Source: an uncultured Chloroflexota bacterium
GTDB lineage: Bacteria > Chloroflexota > Limnocylindria > Limnocylindrales > CSP1-4
Length of the DNA stretch: 30,327 nucleotides
Direction of reading: 5' to 3'
NCBI GenBank assembly: GCA_903924005.1
Contig: CAIXZV010000263.1
Span: 1 to 30,327, forward strand
The notes under the pieces are model-generated. The model made no database searches, had not been told where the DNA came from, and saw nothing but the letters and a program-made list of their open reading frames with translations. The translations under genes were made by a program, and so were the position numbers. Positions 9,545-17,766 of the stretch are shown here, one piece after another. Each line of letters opens with the position of its first letter. Position 1 is the first letter of the stretch.

Positions 9545-10441
9545 CTAGAGCATCCCGTTGTTGGGCAGCAGGCGCAGGAGATCGATGGCGTCGGCTGGAC
9601 CGGCCATGTAGGTGTCCTGGTTGGTGATCCGAAAGCCGCACCGGAGCAGCATCGGCAGCGCGGGATGGGGTCCCGGAAGCGTGATGGAGGTGCTTCCGCC
9701 GCGCGGCACACGCCGAATTGCCGCAGCTACGGTTGCCACTGGATCCGCGTCGGGTGCAACCACCAGGCGGTCAAGCGCGCGCCCTGAGGCAGAGAGCTGG
9801 CGCGACCGGCCATAGCCAAGCGCAACCGGTTCACCGCCACCATCAATGACCACGAACGCGTCCGCGCCAGCTTGCGAGGCCCAGAACGCGTGGTCGGCCG
9901 GGCGCCAGTTGTCGGTCCAGAGGGCCTCGAGGGTGGCGAGGGCCAAAGGATCCGCGTCGCGTGTCTGGTGGACGGCCGGATCGAGACGGCCCACGGCGTC
10001 TTCGGACCCGTCGAGGTACAGCAGCGGCCAGCGCGGCAACATGCCGGCGCGCACGTAGGACGGCATAGCGCGCGGGTCGTCCGAGGCGAACGTGGTCCGG
10101 TGCGTTGTGTCTGCGAAGAGCGCGCGCAGCAGGCGAGTGCCAATGCCCTGGCCGCGCAGACCATCGCGGACGAACAGGTCTGCCAGGTGCGCGATGGAGC
10201 CTGCGAAGGTCACGGCGCCGTACGCAACAACGAAGCCATCATGCTCACCGCCAGCCGTTTCGGCGAGGAGCGCCCGGTGATGCGCAATCAGGTGGGTCAC
10301 ATATGGGCCAACGATGTCGGCCCCCAAGCGCGTCGCCGGGTCGTCGTCATTGCCGTACGCGGCCAGGATCCCGCGGATCGCGGGGATATCGGCAGGCTCG
10401 GCAGGGCGGATCGAGACATCCGGAGTGTTCGACATGCGCAT
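9545..10441 (-). CDS. GNAT-family N-acetyltransferase (tandem GNAT fold)
   Basis: IRPAEPADIPAI start; acetyl-CoA motif A LADLFVRDGLRGQGIGTRLL; second degenerate GNAT half. Start may be ATG 10435. Confidence 0.85.
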   Translation of the reverse strand: MRMSNTPDVSIRPAEPADIPAIRGILAAYGNDDDPATRLGADIVGPYVTHLIAHHRALLAETAGGEHDGFVVAYGAVTFAGSIAHLADLFVRDGLRGQGIGTRLLRALFADTTHRTTFASDDPRAMPSYVRAGMLPRWPLLYLDGSEDAVGRLDPAVHQTRDADPLALATLEALWTDNWRPADHAFWASQAGADAFVVIDGGGEPVALGYGRSRQLSASGRALDRLVVAPDADPVATVAAAIRRVPRGGSTSITLPGPHPALPMLLRCGFRITNQDTYMAGPADAIDLLRLLPNNGML

Positions 10442-10454
10442 CGCCGGTCAGGCG

Positions 10455-11636
10455 CTAGCGCCTCGTCGCCCGCGGACCGCGTCCGTACGCAGCCATCACG
10501 TCGAGCAGCCGGTTGTGGTCCAGGGCATGGGCGGTGATCCCGTCGCGGCCCGTCATCGTCTCGGCGGCAAGCAGCGCGTTGACGATGGCGGCCTCGGTTG
10601 CCTCCACCGCAGCTTGGAACAGCGGGCTGATCGTCCGGTCAGCGACCATTCGCAGGTCCACGGTGCCCCGCGGATCCTGCTCGCCCGCGGACCGCGAGAG
10701 ATCGCGATTGCCCGTTGCAAAGGCGATGAAGATGTCCCCAGAGCCGTGGGACGCGGTGCTGCCCATTCGCGCAAGACCAAGGCTGGCGCGCTGTGCGAGC
10801 CGCTCGCACTGGTGGGGCAGGAGCGGCGCGTCCGTTGCGAGCACGATGATGATGGAGCCGCCGCCCGCTCCGGAGCGCGGCACAATGCCCGGTGCGCGAC
10901 GCGTCGCCTCGGCCTCCAGCGCCTCAACGGCGGCCCACGCGCTTGGGACCTCGCTCACCGGGATGGCCTGACCCACGGGCACGCCATCGATGCGAAGCAG
11001 CTCGCGCTCGCCGTAGTTGGCCTGGACCAAAGCGCCAACCGTCCAGCCGCCGTCGGCAGCAGCGACACGGCGCGAGGCCGTTCCGATGCCGCCCTTGAAC
11101 TCGTGGCAGATCATCCCGGTGCCGCCGCCGACATTGCCCTCCGCCACGGGGCCGCCAGTCGCGGACGCCAGGGCCGCATCGAGGTGGGACTGTTTCACGT
11201 GAAACCCGTTGATGTCGTTGAGCCCGCCGTCGTACGTCTCGCCGACAACCGGCAGCGCCCAGAACACCTCATGCGGCTCCCGCGAACGTGCGGCGTGAGC
11301 CACAAGGGCATCGCGGACCACGCCCACGCTGTGCGTGTTGGTGATGCCGATGGCGCCGCCGAGGAACCCGGATTCGCGAACCCATTCAAGCCCGGTGAGT
11401 TCGCCGTTCCCGTTGAGGCGGTGGCAGCCCGCGAACACCGGCTCCGCCCAGGGGTCTCCGTCGTGCGGGACGATCACCGTGACGCCGGTGCGGACTGGGC
11501 CGTGGCCAACGCGAAGCGGCCCGTCACCCGAGATGAGGGTTGTGTGGCCAACGCGGACGCCGGGGATGTCCGTGATGGCATCCAGAGGCCCGGGCTCAAG
11601 CAGACCGATCCGGATACCAAGCTCGCGAGCGCGCAC
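10455..11636 (-). CDS. dmpA: DmpA/BapA-like P1 (S58) aminopeptidase
   Basis: RARELGI..G...DAITDIPGVRVGHTT; NGNGELTG; EGNVGGGTGM; autoproteolysis motif GG|SIIIVLATDAP; SGDIFIAF; ATEAAIVNAL. Confidence 0.88.
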   Translation of the reverse strand: MRARELGIRIGLLEPGPLDAITDIPGVRVGHTTLISGDGPLRVGHGPVRTGVTVIVPHDGDPWAEPVFAGCHRLNGNGELTGLEWVRESGFLGGAIGITNTHSVGVVRDALVAHAARSREPHEVFWALPVVGETYDGGLNDINGFHVKQSHLDAALASATGGPVAEGNVGGGTGMICHEFKGGIGTASRRVAAADGGWTVGALVQANYGERELLRIDGVPVGQAIPVSEVPSAWAAVEALEAEATRRAPGIVPRSGAGGGSIIIVLATDAPLLPHQCERLAQRASLGLARMGSTASHGSGDIFIAFATGNRDLSRSAGEQDPRGTVDLRMVADRTISPLFQAAVEATEAAIVNALLAAETMTGRDGITAHALDHNRLLDVMAAYGRGPRATRR

Positions 11637-11695
11637 CAGATGACCCTCCTGCCGGCGGCGTGTGAGCCGGACTTTCTACGCCCTATCATCGCCCC

Positions 11696-13153
11696 GTGCC
11701 CTCCGTACCGGAAGCCCGACCTGCATCGCGCCGCCCGTCGGCGGCTTCGGTCTGGGAGCGGTTGCCCGCCCTCGATGGCGTGGCCCCAATGGACGTGGCT
11801 GAATCACTCCGCAACCTGCCTGGTCTCGCGCTGCTGGAGAGCGCCCGGCCAGGCCGGACTGGCAGGTGGAGCCTCCTTGTGGCTGATCCCGTCGCCGTGC
11901 TTGACGCGCCCGCCCCCGGCGCCGACCCGTTCTTGGCGGCTCGCGAGCTTCTGGCGCGGCTCGACGCGTCGGCGCCTGCTGCGCCCGTCGTCCCTGAGGG
12001 CCAGGCTGCGCTGCCCCCGTTTGCCGGAGGCCTCGTCGGCTACCTCGCCTACGACTTGGGCCGGCGTCTCGAACACCTTCCCGAGATGGCCATACACGAC
12101 CAGGACCTGCCCGAGCTGCGTCTTGGGCTGTATGACCGAGTCCTCGCGTGGGACCGTCGCACCGGTTGTGCCTGGATTGGCGGACGCGCGCTTGACGGAG
12201 ACAGTGGAGCCCTGGCGCGTCGGCTTGCCGAACTTCGCGTGCTGGTGGGCGCGGTCCGTCACGCAGCGCCCGAAATTGCCCATGAGGCGGAACCCATCCG
12301 CTTTGCCAGGACCACCACCCGGGCGCAGTGGCTGGCCGGCGTGTCCGCGGTTCGCGACGCCATCGCCCGTGGCGATATCTACCAGGCCAACCTCACGCGC
12401 AGGCTTGAAGCGCCGTTCTTGGGCGACCCGTGGCCGCTGTTCCGCCGGCTTCGCACGGGGGACCCGGCGCTGTTTGCTGGGTACCTTGATTTGGGCCCCT
12501 CGCCCGTCACCGGCGCCGCCCGAGCGCTCCTCTCCGCAAGCCCGGAGCCGTTTCTGGCCGTGGACGGCGAGGGCCGTGTGGCCACCGACCCTATCAAGGG
12601 CACCCGCCGTCGCGGCCACACGCGCGAGGAGGACCGCGCGCTGGCCCGAGAGCTGCTTGCCAGCGGCAAGGACCGAGCCGAGAACGTGATGATCGTTGAC
12701 GTGTTGCGCAACGACCTTGGCCGTGTCTGCCTCCCGGGAACCGTGACGGTGCCGCGGTTCCTGCGCCTTGAGCGCACCGCGGCCGTTCAGCACCTTGTCA
12801 CCACCGTGACCGGCCGCTTGCGCCCGGGCAAGGACGCGTTTGACCTGCTCTCAGCAACTTTTCCTGGCGGGTCTATCACCGGAGCGCCAAAGATCCGTGC
12901 GATGGAGCTGATCGAGGAGTTGGAACCCGTGCGGCGCGGTCCGTATTGCGGAACCTTGGCGTGGTTTGGGGCGGATGGGAGAATGGGATCGTCCATCCTG
13001 ATCCGCACGCTTGTGGCTGACGGCGAGCGGCTCACGCTGCACGTCGGCGGCGCGATCACCTGGCGGAGCGACCCGGACGAGGAGTGGGACGAGACGGTGG
13101 CAAAGGCCCGCGGCCCCCTCTCGTCAATTGGCGCCACGGAGATAGAAGCATGA
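11696..13153 (+). CDS. pabB: Aminodeoxychorismate synthase component I (chorismate-binding, PabB/TrpE family)
   Basis: LLESA, GDIYQANL, SASPEPF, PIKGT, KDRAENVMIVDVLRNDLG, FPGGSITGAPKIRAM and RGPYCG motifs. PabB rather than TrpE is inferred from coupling to a class IV enzyme. Confidence 0.8.
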   Translation: MPSVPEARPASRRPSAASVWERLPALDGVAPMDVAESLRNLPGLALLESARPGRTGRWSLLVADPVAVLDAPAPGADPFLAARELLARLDASAPAAPVVPEGQAALPPFAGGLVGYLAYDLGRRLEHLPEMAIHDQDLPELRLGLYDRVLAWDRRTGCAWIGGRALDGDSGALARRLAELRVLVGAVRHAAPEIAHEAEPIRFARTTTRAQWLAGVSAVRDAIARGDIYQANLTRRLEAPFLGDPWPLFRRLRTGDPALFAGYLDLGPSPVTGAARALLSASPEPFLAVDGEGRVATDPIKGTRRRGHTREEDRALARELLASGKDRAENVMIVDVLRNDLGRVCLPGTVTVPRFLRLERTAAVQHLVTTVTGRLRPGKDAFDLLSATFPGGSITGAPKIRAMELIEELEPVRRGPYCGTLAWFGADGRMGSSILIRTLVADGERLTLHVGGAITWRSDPDEEWDETVAKARGPLSSIGATEIEA

Positions 13154-14058
13154 CCAACGCAGCCCCCCGCTGGGCATGGGTGGACGGCATGCTGTTGCCG
13201 GCTGAGGATCGCCACATTTCCGCGTTTGACCGCGGTCTCCAGCTGGGTGACGGTGTCTTTGAGACGCTGCGCGCGGCTGGCGGTTGGGTCACGGAGCTTG
13301 CTGAGCACACCGCCCGGCTGCGTGGCTCAGCCGATGGGCTGGCGATTGAACTGCCTGCCGATCTGGCAACCCGCCTGGCCAACGGCATCAACGACCTTCT
13401 CGCCGCCGAGGGACTGGATGGCCCCGATGGCGACGCATCCGTCCGGATCACCGTCACGCGTGGCGTCTGGATGTCGCGAGGTCTGCTGCCGCGCGCCGAT
13501 GAGGACCTGACCGCCACCATCGTGATCCAGGCCTGGCCGGTCACGGCGGCACCCGGAACCACGCCCGCCCACGGCATCACCGCGGTGTCCAGCCGGGTGC
13601 GTCGCGACCCGGGCAACCCGCTGGCCACGCTCAAGACCACCTCGCGCGCTGACTACGTGTACGCCAAGCTTGAGGCTCGCCGGGCCGGTGCCGATGACGC
13701 CCTGTTCTTCACGGTGGACGGCCACCTGTCCGAGGCGACCAGCGCCAACGTCTTCCTCGTCCGCCGCGCCGCGGACGGGGCGATGGAACTGGCCACGCCG
13801 TCCCTGGCGTGCGCAATCCTTGCCGGTACCACGCGCTCCTGGCTGCTGCGCTGGGCCACCGGCGTTGGGCTTCGCCCATACGAAGGCGAGCTGACGCGCG
13901 ACGATCTGGCGGCTGCCAACGAGGTCTTCCTCACCGCGTCCGTGGCCGGGGTCGTGCCGGTGGTCCGCCTCGACGGCCAGCCTGTCGGTGATGGCCAGCC
14001 CGGCCCGTGGACGCTGCAGGCCCGCGCTGACCGCGAGGCATTCATTACCCGAGCGTAG
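13150..14058 (+). CDS. Class IV PLP aminotransferase / 4-amino-4-deoxychorismate lyase (PabC-like)
   Basis: DRGLQLGDGVFETLR, HTARL, LKTTSR (PLP lysine), EATSANVF, ILAGTTR and EVFLTAS motifs; ATG overlaps the pabB stop. Confidence 0.82.
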   Translation: MTNAAPRWAWVDGMLLPAEDRHISAFDRGLQLGDGVFETLRAAGGWVTELAEHTARLRGSADGLAIELPADLATRLANGINDLLAAEGLDGPDGDASVRITVTRGVWMSRGLLPRADEDLTATIVIQAWPVTAAPGTTPAHGITAVSSRVRRDPGNPLATLKTTSRADYVYAKLEARRAGADDALFFTVDGHLSEATSANVFLVRRAADGAMELATPSLACAILAGTTRSWLLRWATGVGLRPYEGELTRDDLAAANEVFLTASVAGVVPVVRLDGQPVGDGQPGPWTLQARADREAFITRA

Positions 14059-14722
14059 GGTCCGCGCCGCCCGCCGCGCCGCCCGCCACGTCACCCGCGT
14101 CGCCCGAGCCACGGACGCCCGCGTCGCCTCGCTCCCGCGCCTGGCCGGTGATCTGGACCGGCCGACGGCCAGCGGCGCTGTCTTGCGCCAAGATCGTCAG
14201 CCGTCGGTCCCGCGTTTCGGGCTTCTTCGCGCTCATCACCCAGAACGCCGCCGTGCGCCGGTACCCCGGCGGCTGGCGCTGGTGGAACTCCCATGCGCCC
14301 GGGACCGCCCGCAGCGCTGCCTCCGCACCAGCGTCAAGCGCCCAATCGCCGTGCTGCGCGTACACGGCAGTTCGGTCCTCGCGCCGCAGCGCAAACGCCG
14401 CGTTCCCGGCCGGCTGGACGCGGGCCTCTGTCTGGAGGGCGGTCATCCTCGCCACGTTGCGGGCGCTCCAGATTGACCCCTTGCGTCGCGGCGTGGTCCG
14501 GATCGCGCGGCCGCCTGCGCAGGGCATCAGCACCGAATCGATCCAGCCAAAGCAGAGCAGCTCGTCAACGATGTCGCCCCAATCTGGCGCATTGGGGTCG
14601 TCCGCACGCCGACGCACGCCCACCCACAACTCGGCCGCGGTGGCGTGGTTGACCTCCAGCCACCGGCGCAATTGGGAGGCGGACGCAAAGAAGACGACGT
14701 CGTGGGGCTCGAGGCGGGCCAT
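14045..14722 (-). CDS. YdeI/OmpD-associated family protein
   Basis: LRRWLEVNH...ELWV, VDELLCFGWIDS, TPRRKGSIWSARN and FWVMSAKKPETRDRRL motifs. ATG 14722 chosen; the ORF track extends to 14929. Confidence 0.85.
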   Translation of the reverse strand: MARLEPHDVVFFASASQLRRWLEVNHATAAELWVGVRRRADDPNAPDWGDIVDELLCFGWIDSVLMPCAGGRAIRTTPRRKGSIWSARNVARMTALQTEARVQPAGNAAFALRREDRTAVYAQHGDWALDAGAEAALRAVPGAWEFHQRQPPGYRRTAAFWVMSAKKPETRDRRLTILAQDSAAGRRPVQITGQARERGDAGVRGSGDAGDVAGGAAGGADPTLG

Positions 14723-14776
14723 GCCCGGAAGCCTAACGCCGAGCGCAGCACAGCGCGCGGGTACACTCGGGGGGCG

Positions 14777-15295
14777 ATGACCCGCGACGAACTTATTCTC
14801 CGTACCCGCCAGTTGATCGCCGAGGGCGAGCGCCTTGACGCCGCCCCGTCGCTGGGCGCGCTGCAGACGTGGCTCCAGTTGTCGGACGACCTGCTGGCAA
14901 CGGCATGGGGGACGATGGATCGCTACCACCTCGCCTGGCTGATGGTGGGCAAGCCAAAGGAGACGGTGCGCGGGCGGTTGATGACAGCCGCCGAGACCGA
15001 CGCGTACGTCCGCGAGGTGGCGTCCGCGAAGACCGCAGCGTTGCGCATGAGCCTAAACGCGGTGGACCGACAGGCGATGCCGTTTCTGGGCGAAACCGGC
15101 GGCGTTGGCGCAGGGCAGGGCATGGGCGAGGTGCCCGACGTCGTCACGCCGGACGCCGTACGCGCCCCCCGGATCATTCCGCTAGACCCCGAGACGCAGC
15201 GTCGTCTCGAGGAAGTTCGCCGCGCTGCCGCCGATCACGCGGGCCATGCCGCAGGCGAGCGCAGGGCGCCGCGTCCGGAGCGCCTCCAGCGCTGA
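14777..15295 (+). CDS. Hypothetical protein
   Basis: MTRDELILRTRQLIAEGERL...; helical N-terminus, coding-like codons, divergent from the YdeI-like gene. Confidence 0.7.
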   Translation: MTRDELILRTRQLIAEGERLDAAPSLGALQTWLQLSDDLLATAWGTMDRYHLAWLMVGKPKETVRGRLMTAAETDAYVREVASAKTAALRMSLNAVDRQAMPFLGETGGVGAGQGMGEVPDVVTPDAVRAPRIIPLDPETQRRLEEVRRAAADHAGHAAGERRAPRPERLQR

Positions 15296-15335
15296 GTGAC
15301 GCGCCGCGTCCGGAGCGCATCCCCGGCTGAGTGAC
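15266..15335. repeat. 35-bp tandem repeat, two copies (31/35 identical)
   Basis: gcgccgcgtccggagcgcctccagcgctgagtgac followed by gcgccgcgtccggagcgcatccccggctgagtgac; copy 1 holds the stop codon of 14777..15295. Confidence 0.9.
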
Positions 15336-15460
15336 GCCTCCCTGGCGCCCCACCGGATGAAGACATCATCACCCTGCGCATCACGTGCGCGGGAACGTGC
15401 GAACCCGGCGCCAAGTTCATGGTTTGGCGCACGACACGCCTGAAGCCGTGAAGACTGCAT

Positions 15461-15617
15461 CGGGACGCGCGCCACAGGGGCGGCCGGGGCGGCTGGGGGC
15501 GGCCGGGCGGGACGCGCGCCACGGCGCTACGGCGCGACGCGCACCATAGGGGCGGCCGGGGCGGCTGGGGGCGGCCGGGCGGGACGCGCGCCACGGCGCT
15601 ACGGCGCGACGCGCACC
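15461..15617. repeat. 72-bp-period tandem repeat (two identical 70-nt copies plus a 15-nt partial) with G-quadruplex-type G-runs
   Basis: 15476-15545 is identical to 15548-15617; each copy has G4-N5-G4-N5-G5-N5-G3-N1-G3 on the + strand. Confidence 0.92.
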
Positions 15618-16051
15618 GATGCCGACAACTTCAACCCGTCCGACGTTGCCGCGTAGCAGGTGAGGCGGCGCTGGCCGCTGGCCCACGCATCAGCGGGTGG
15701 GAAGAAGTAGGCCACCTTCAGGTCCGGCCGCGACCCGTACGGCGCACCCGTGTAGGGCTCAAACGCGCCGTTTACGCAGAGCGAAGCCACCCTGTTGCTG
15801 AATTCCTCAACCCCCGGCCAGGCCTGCGTCGTTGAATCGTCCGCCACCAGGAATACCTCGCCGTCGTGCGGCGACGTGCAGGGCGAAACGCTCACCTCGG
15901 CCACCGTGGCGCCGGACGGCATGCTGAAGCAGTCGCCCACCTTCAGCGTGAAGGCCGACGCGGTCTGCGGTCCGCGTGCGGCAAACAGCACCACAGCACC
16001 CGCGATGATTGCCACCGGCACCAGCAGGAAGCCCGCGTGCAGGGATCTCAT
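15599..16051 (-). CDS. Septum-formation-family (Septum_form-like) secreted/membrane protein
   Basis: N-terminal TM, then LKVGDCF...VSPCTSPHDGEVF...C...FEPYTG...YFFPPADAWASGQRRLTCY, the four-Cys pattern typical of this domain. ATG overlaps the upstream stop. Confidence 0.78.
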   Translation of the reverse strand: MRSLHAGFLLVPVAIIAGAVVLFAARGPQTASAFTLKVGDCFSMPSGATVAEVSVSPCTSPHDGEVFLVADDSTTQAWPGVEEFSNRVASLCVNGAFEPYTGAPYGSRPDLKVAYFFPPADAWASGQRRLTCYAATSDGLKLSASVRVAP

Positions 16052-16527
16052 CGGCCACGCCATGCCCCGGCCAGCGCCGCAGCCAGCGGCACCGCCACGG
16101 CAAGGCCCCCAAACCGCTCCCACGCGTATGCCCACGGCGCAAGCACGCCGCCCTGCGACAGAGCACGGACACCGTCGGCTAGCAGGCCTGCGCCCATCCC
16201 CCCGCCGGCGATCACGGCGGCTGCAATCGCCCTCCCGCGTCCGGCGTTGGCACCGCGTCCGGCCGGGTCGCCGGCCAGCAAGAGCCCAACAAGCCAGCCA
16301 GCACCTGCCGCAACCGCCAGCAAGCCCAACCCAATATCGATCCCGGTGAGAAGAAAGACAATGATCGCTGCGCCCGCTGACGCGATGACTGCGCGCAGGA
16401 GGCGATGCCGCCATGGGAGGGGAGCGGCTGCCACCGGCGCCTCCGCGTATCGCTCACCGGGCGCCCGCGCAAGGCGCCGAACCTCGCCGCCGGGGTGATC
16501 ATCGTGCTGTTCAGCCTGCTGTTCCAT
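16048..16527 (-). CDS. Hypothetical membrane protein (about 4 TM segments)
   Basis: MEQQAEQHDDHPGGEVRRLARAPGERY... followed by hydrophobic helices; TACCAT lies 7 nt upstream of ATG 16527. Confidence 0.7.
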   Translation of the reverse strand: MEQQAEQHDDHPGGEVRRLARAPGERYAEAPVAAAPLPWRHRLLRAVIASAGAAIIVFLLTGIDIGLGLLAVAAGAGWLVGLLLAGDPAGRGANAGRGRAIAAAVIAGGGMGAGLLADGVRALSQGGVLAPWAYAWERFGGLAVAVPLAAALAGAWRGR

Positions 16528-16576
16528 GCCCTGAATGGTACGCACCCTGCCCAGCGGAGCGGTAGACTCAGCCCTC

Positions 16577-17059
16577 GTGAGCCACAACACCCTTGGCGAG
16601 CCTCCGCGCAGCCTGACGGCCGGGTTCCCGGCCGCCGCAGATCGTCTTCGCGCCAACCGCGCGCGCCTCGCCGCGCGAGCGCTCGAACTGGCAATTGCGG
16701 ATGATCCTGATATCCGCGCCCGCCTGGATGACGTTGCCCTGCGCAACCTGCTGCTGGACGCCGAAGTCCTGTTGGAGCGTCTCGCGCTGTGCGTGGCTGG
16801 CGATGACAGCCATTGGCTCGCCGAGTTTGCAGACCAGTCGGGCACGGTCTTCCGCCGCCGCAAGGTGGCCATGGATGACGTGATCGCCGTCTGCGAGGGC
16901 CTCCGGGCCGCCGTCCGCGGTGTGCTCTCGGACGAGGAGATGGCCCCTGCCACCCGTGCGCTCGATGCTGCGGTCAACCTGTTCCGCCGGACCCGAGGGA
17001 TTGCCGGCGACGCGCGCAAGCGCAACAAGATCGTCACCGACATCTACAAGGGCATCTAG
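16577..17059 (+). CDS. Hypothetical all-helical protein with globin/phycobiliprotein-like pattern
   Basis: GTG 16577; segments ADRLRANRARLAARALELAIADDPD and LLLDAEVLLERLALCVAGDD resemble allophycocyanin helices by eye. Confidence 0.65.
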   Translation: MSHNTLGEPPRSLTAGFPAAADRLRANRARLAARALELAIADDPDIRARLDDVALRNLLLDAEVLLERLALCVAGDDSHWLAEFADQSGTVFRRRKVAMDDVIAVCEGLRAAVRGVLSDEEMAPATRALDAAVNLFRRTRGIAGDARKRNKIVTDIYKGI

Positions 17060-17069
17060 GAGCGCATCG

Positions 17070-17384
17070 ATGACGATCAAGTGGGTCAAGTCAGACCCGC
17101 TCGTGCTCAACGGCGAGCCGTTCTGCTACGGCAGCCGTCTGACCGTGCGCCAAGTGCTGGAGATGCGCCGCAACGGCTTCACGGTCACGGACCTGCTCAA
17201 GGACCACCCGGAACTCAAGCTCATGGGCATCGCAAACGTCTACGTGTACGCCGCCGCCCACAAGGCGCAGTACGCGGAGTTCTTCGCCGCTGACGGCTCG
17301 CTGACCGGGCCCGGGCTGGATGCGGACGAAGCCGCTCGCCTGCCGGAGAGCCTCCGCATCGCCGGGGTTGTCACCGCCCCCTAG
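17070..17384 (+). CDS. DUF433 domain protein
   Basis: VKSDPLVLNGEPFCYGSRLTVRQVLEMRRNG...LLKDHPEL fits the DUF433 pattern; AGGAG upstream of ATG 17070. Confidence 0.8.
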   Translation: MTIKWVKSDPLVLNGEPFCYGSRLTVRQVLEMRRNGFTVTDLLKDHPELKLMGIANVYVYAAAHKAQYAEFFAADGSLTGPGLDADEAARLPESLRIAGVVTAP

Positions 17385-17430
17385 ACCCGCCGCGGGGTAA
17401 TCCCCAGCGCGGTGCTAGGATTTAAAAGCC

Positions 17431-17766
17431 ATGACTGAACAGCCTCAGGCCGCGCCCGCAAGCGCCGCCGATCCCACCTTCGACGCCCAGCGCCGCGCCA
17501 CCGAGCTGGCCATCCTCGACAGCCTGCGCGCCGTGGTGGATCCAGAGATCGGTATGAACGTGGTGGAGTTGGCGCTCATCCGCCAAATCATCCTGGGTCC
17601 GGACACCACCGAGATCAAGATGATCCTCACCACCCCCTTCTGCCCGTACGCCGGCGCGATGATCCAGCAGGTCAAGGAGCAGGCCGAGAGCGTCGTGGAC
17701 CACGACGTCAAGGTCACCCTCCTGGCTGAGCGATGGGATCCCCGTGATGCCGGGCTCATGTGGTGA
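17431..17766 (+). CDS. sufT: Metal-sulfur cluster assembly factor (SufT / DUF59)
   Basis: LRAVVDPEIGMNVVELALI and MILTTPFCPYA (DPE...T..CP signature). Confidence 0.85.
   Translation: MTEQPQAAPASAADPTFDAQRRATELAILDSLRAVVDPEIGMNVVELALIRQIILGPDTTEIKMILTTPFCPYAGAMIQQVKEQAESVVDHDVKVTLLAERWDPRDAGLMW

Noticed and set aside
10314-12689. 791-aa + strand ORF in the track
   Set aside because: It is the antisense shadow of dmpA plus an alternate frame of pabB; Arg/Pro/Ala-rich with no motifs, typical of high-GC DNA.
14059-14140. Short GC-rich micro-repeats at the YdeI-like C-terminus (ccgcgccgccc twice)
   Set aside because: Low-complexity Gly/Ala tail in frame; expected in GC-rich DNA.
15266-15617. 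Repeats considered as a possible CRISPR array
   Set aside because: The units are directly tandem with no unique spacers, and no cas genes are in the window.
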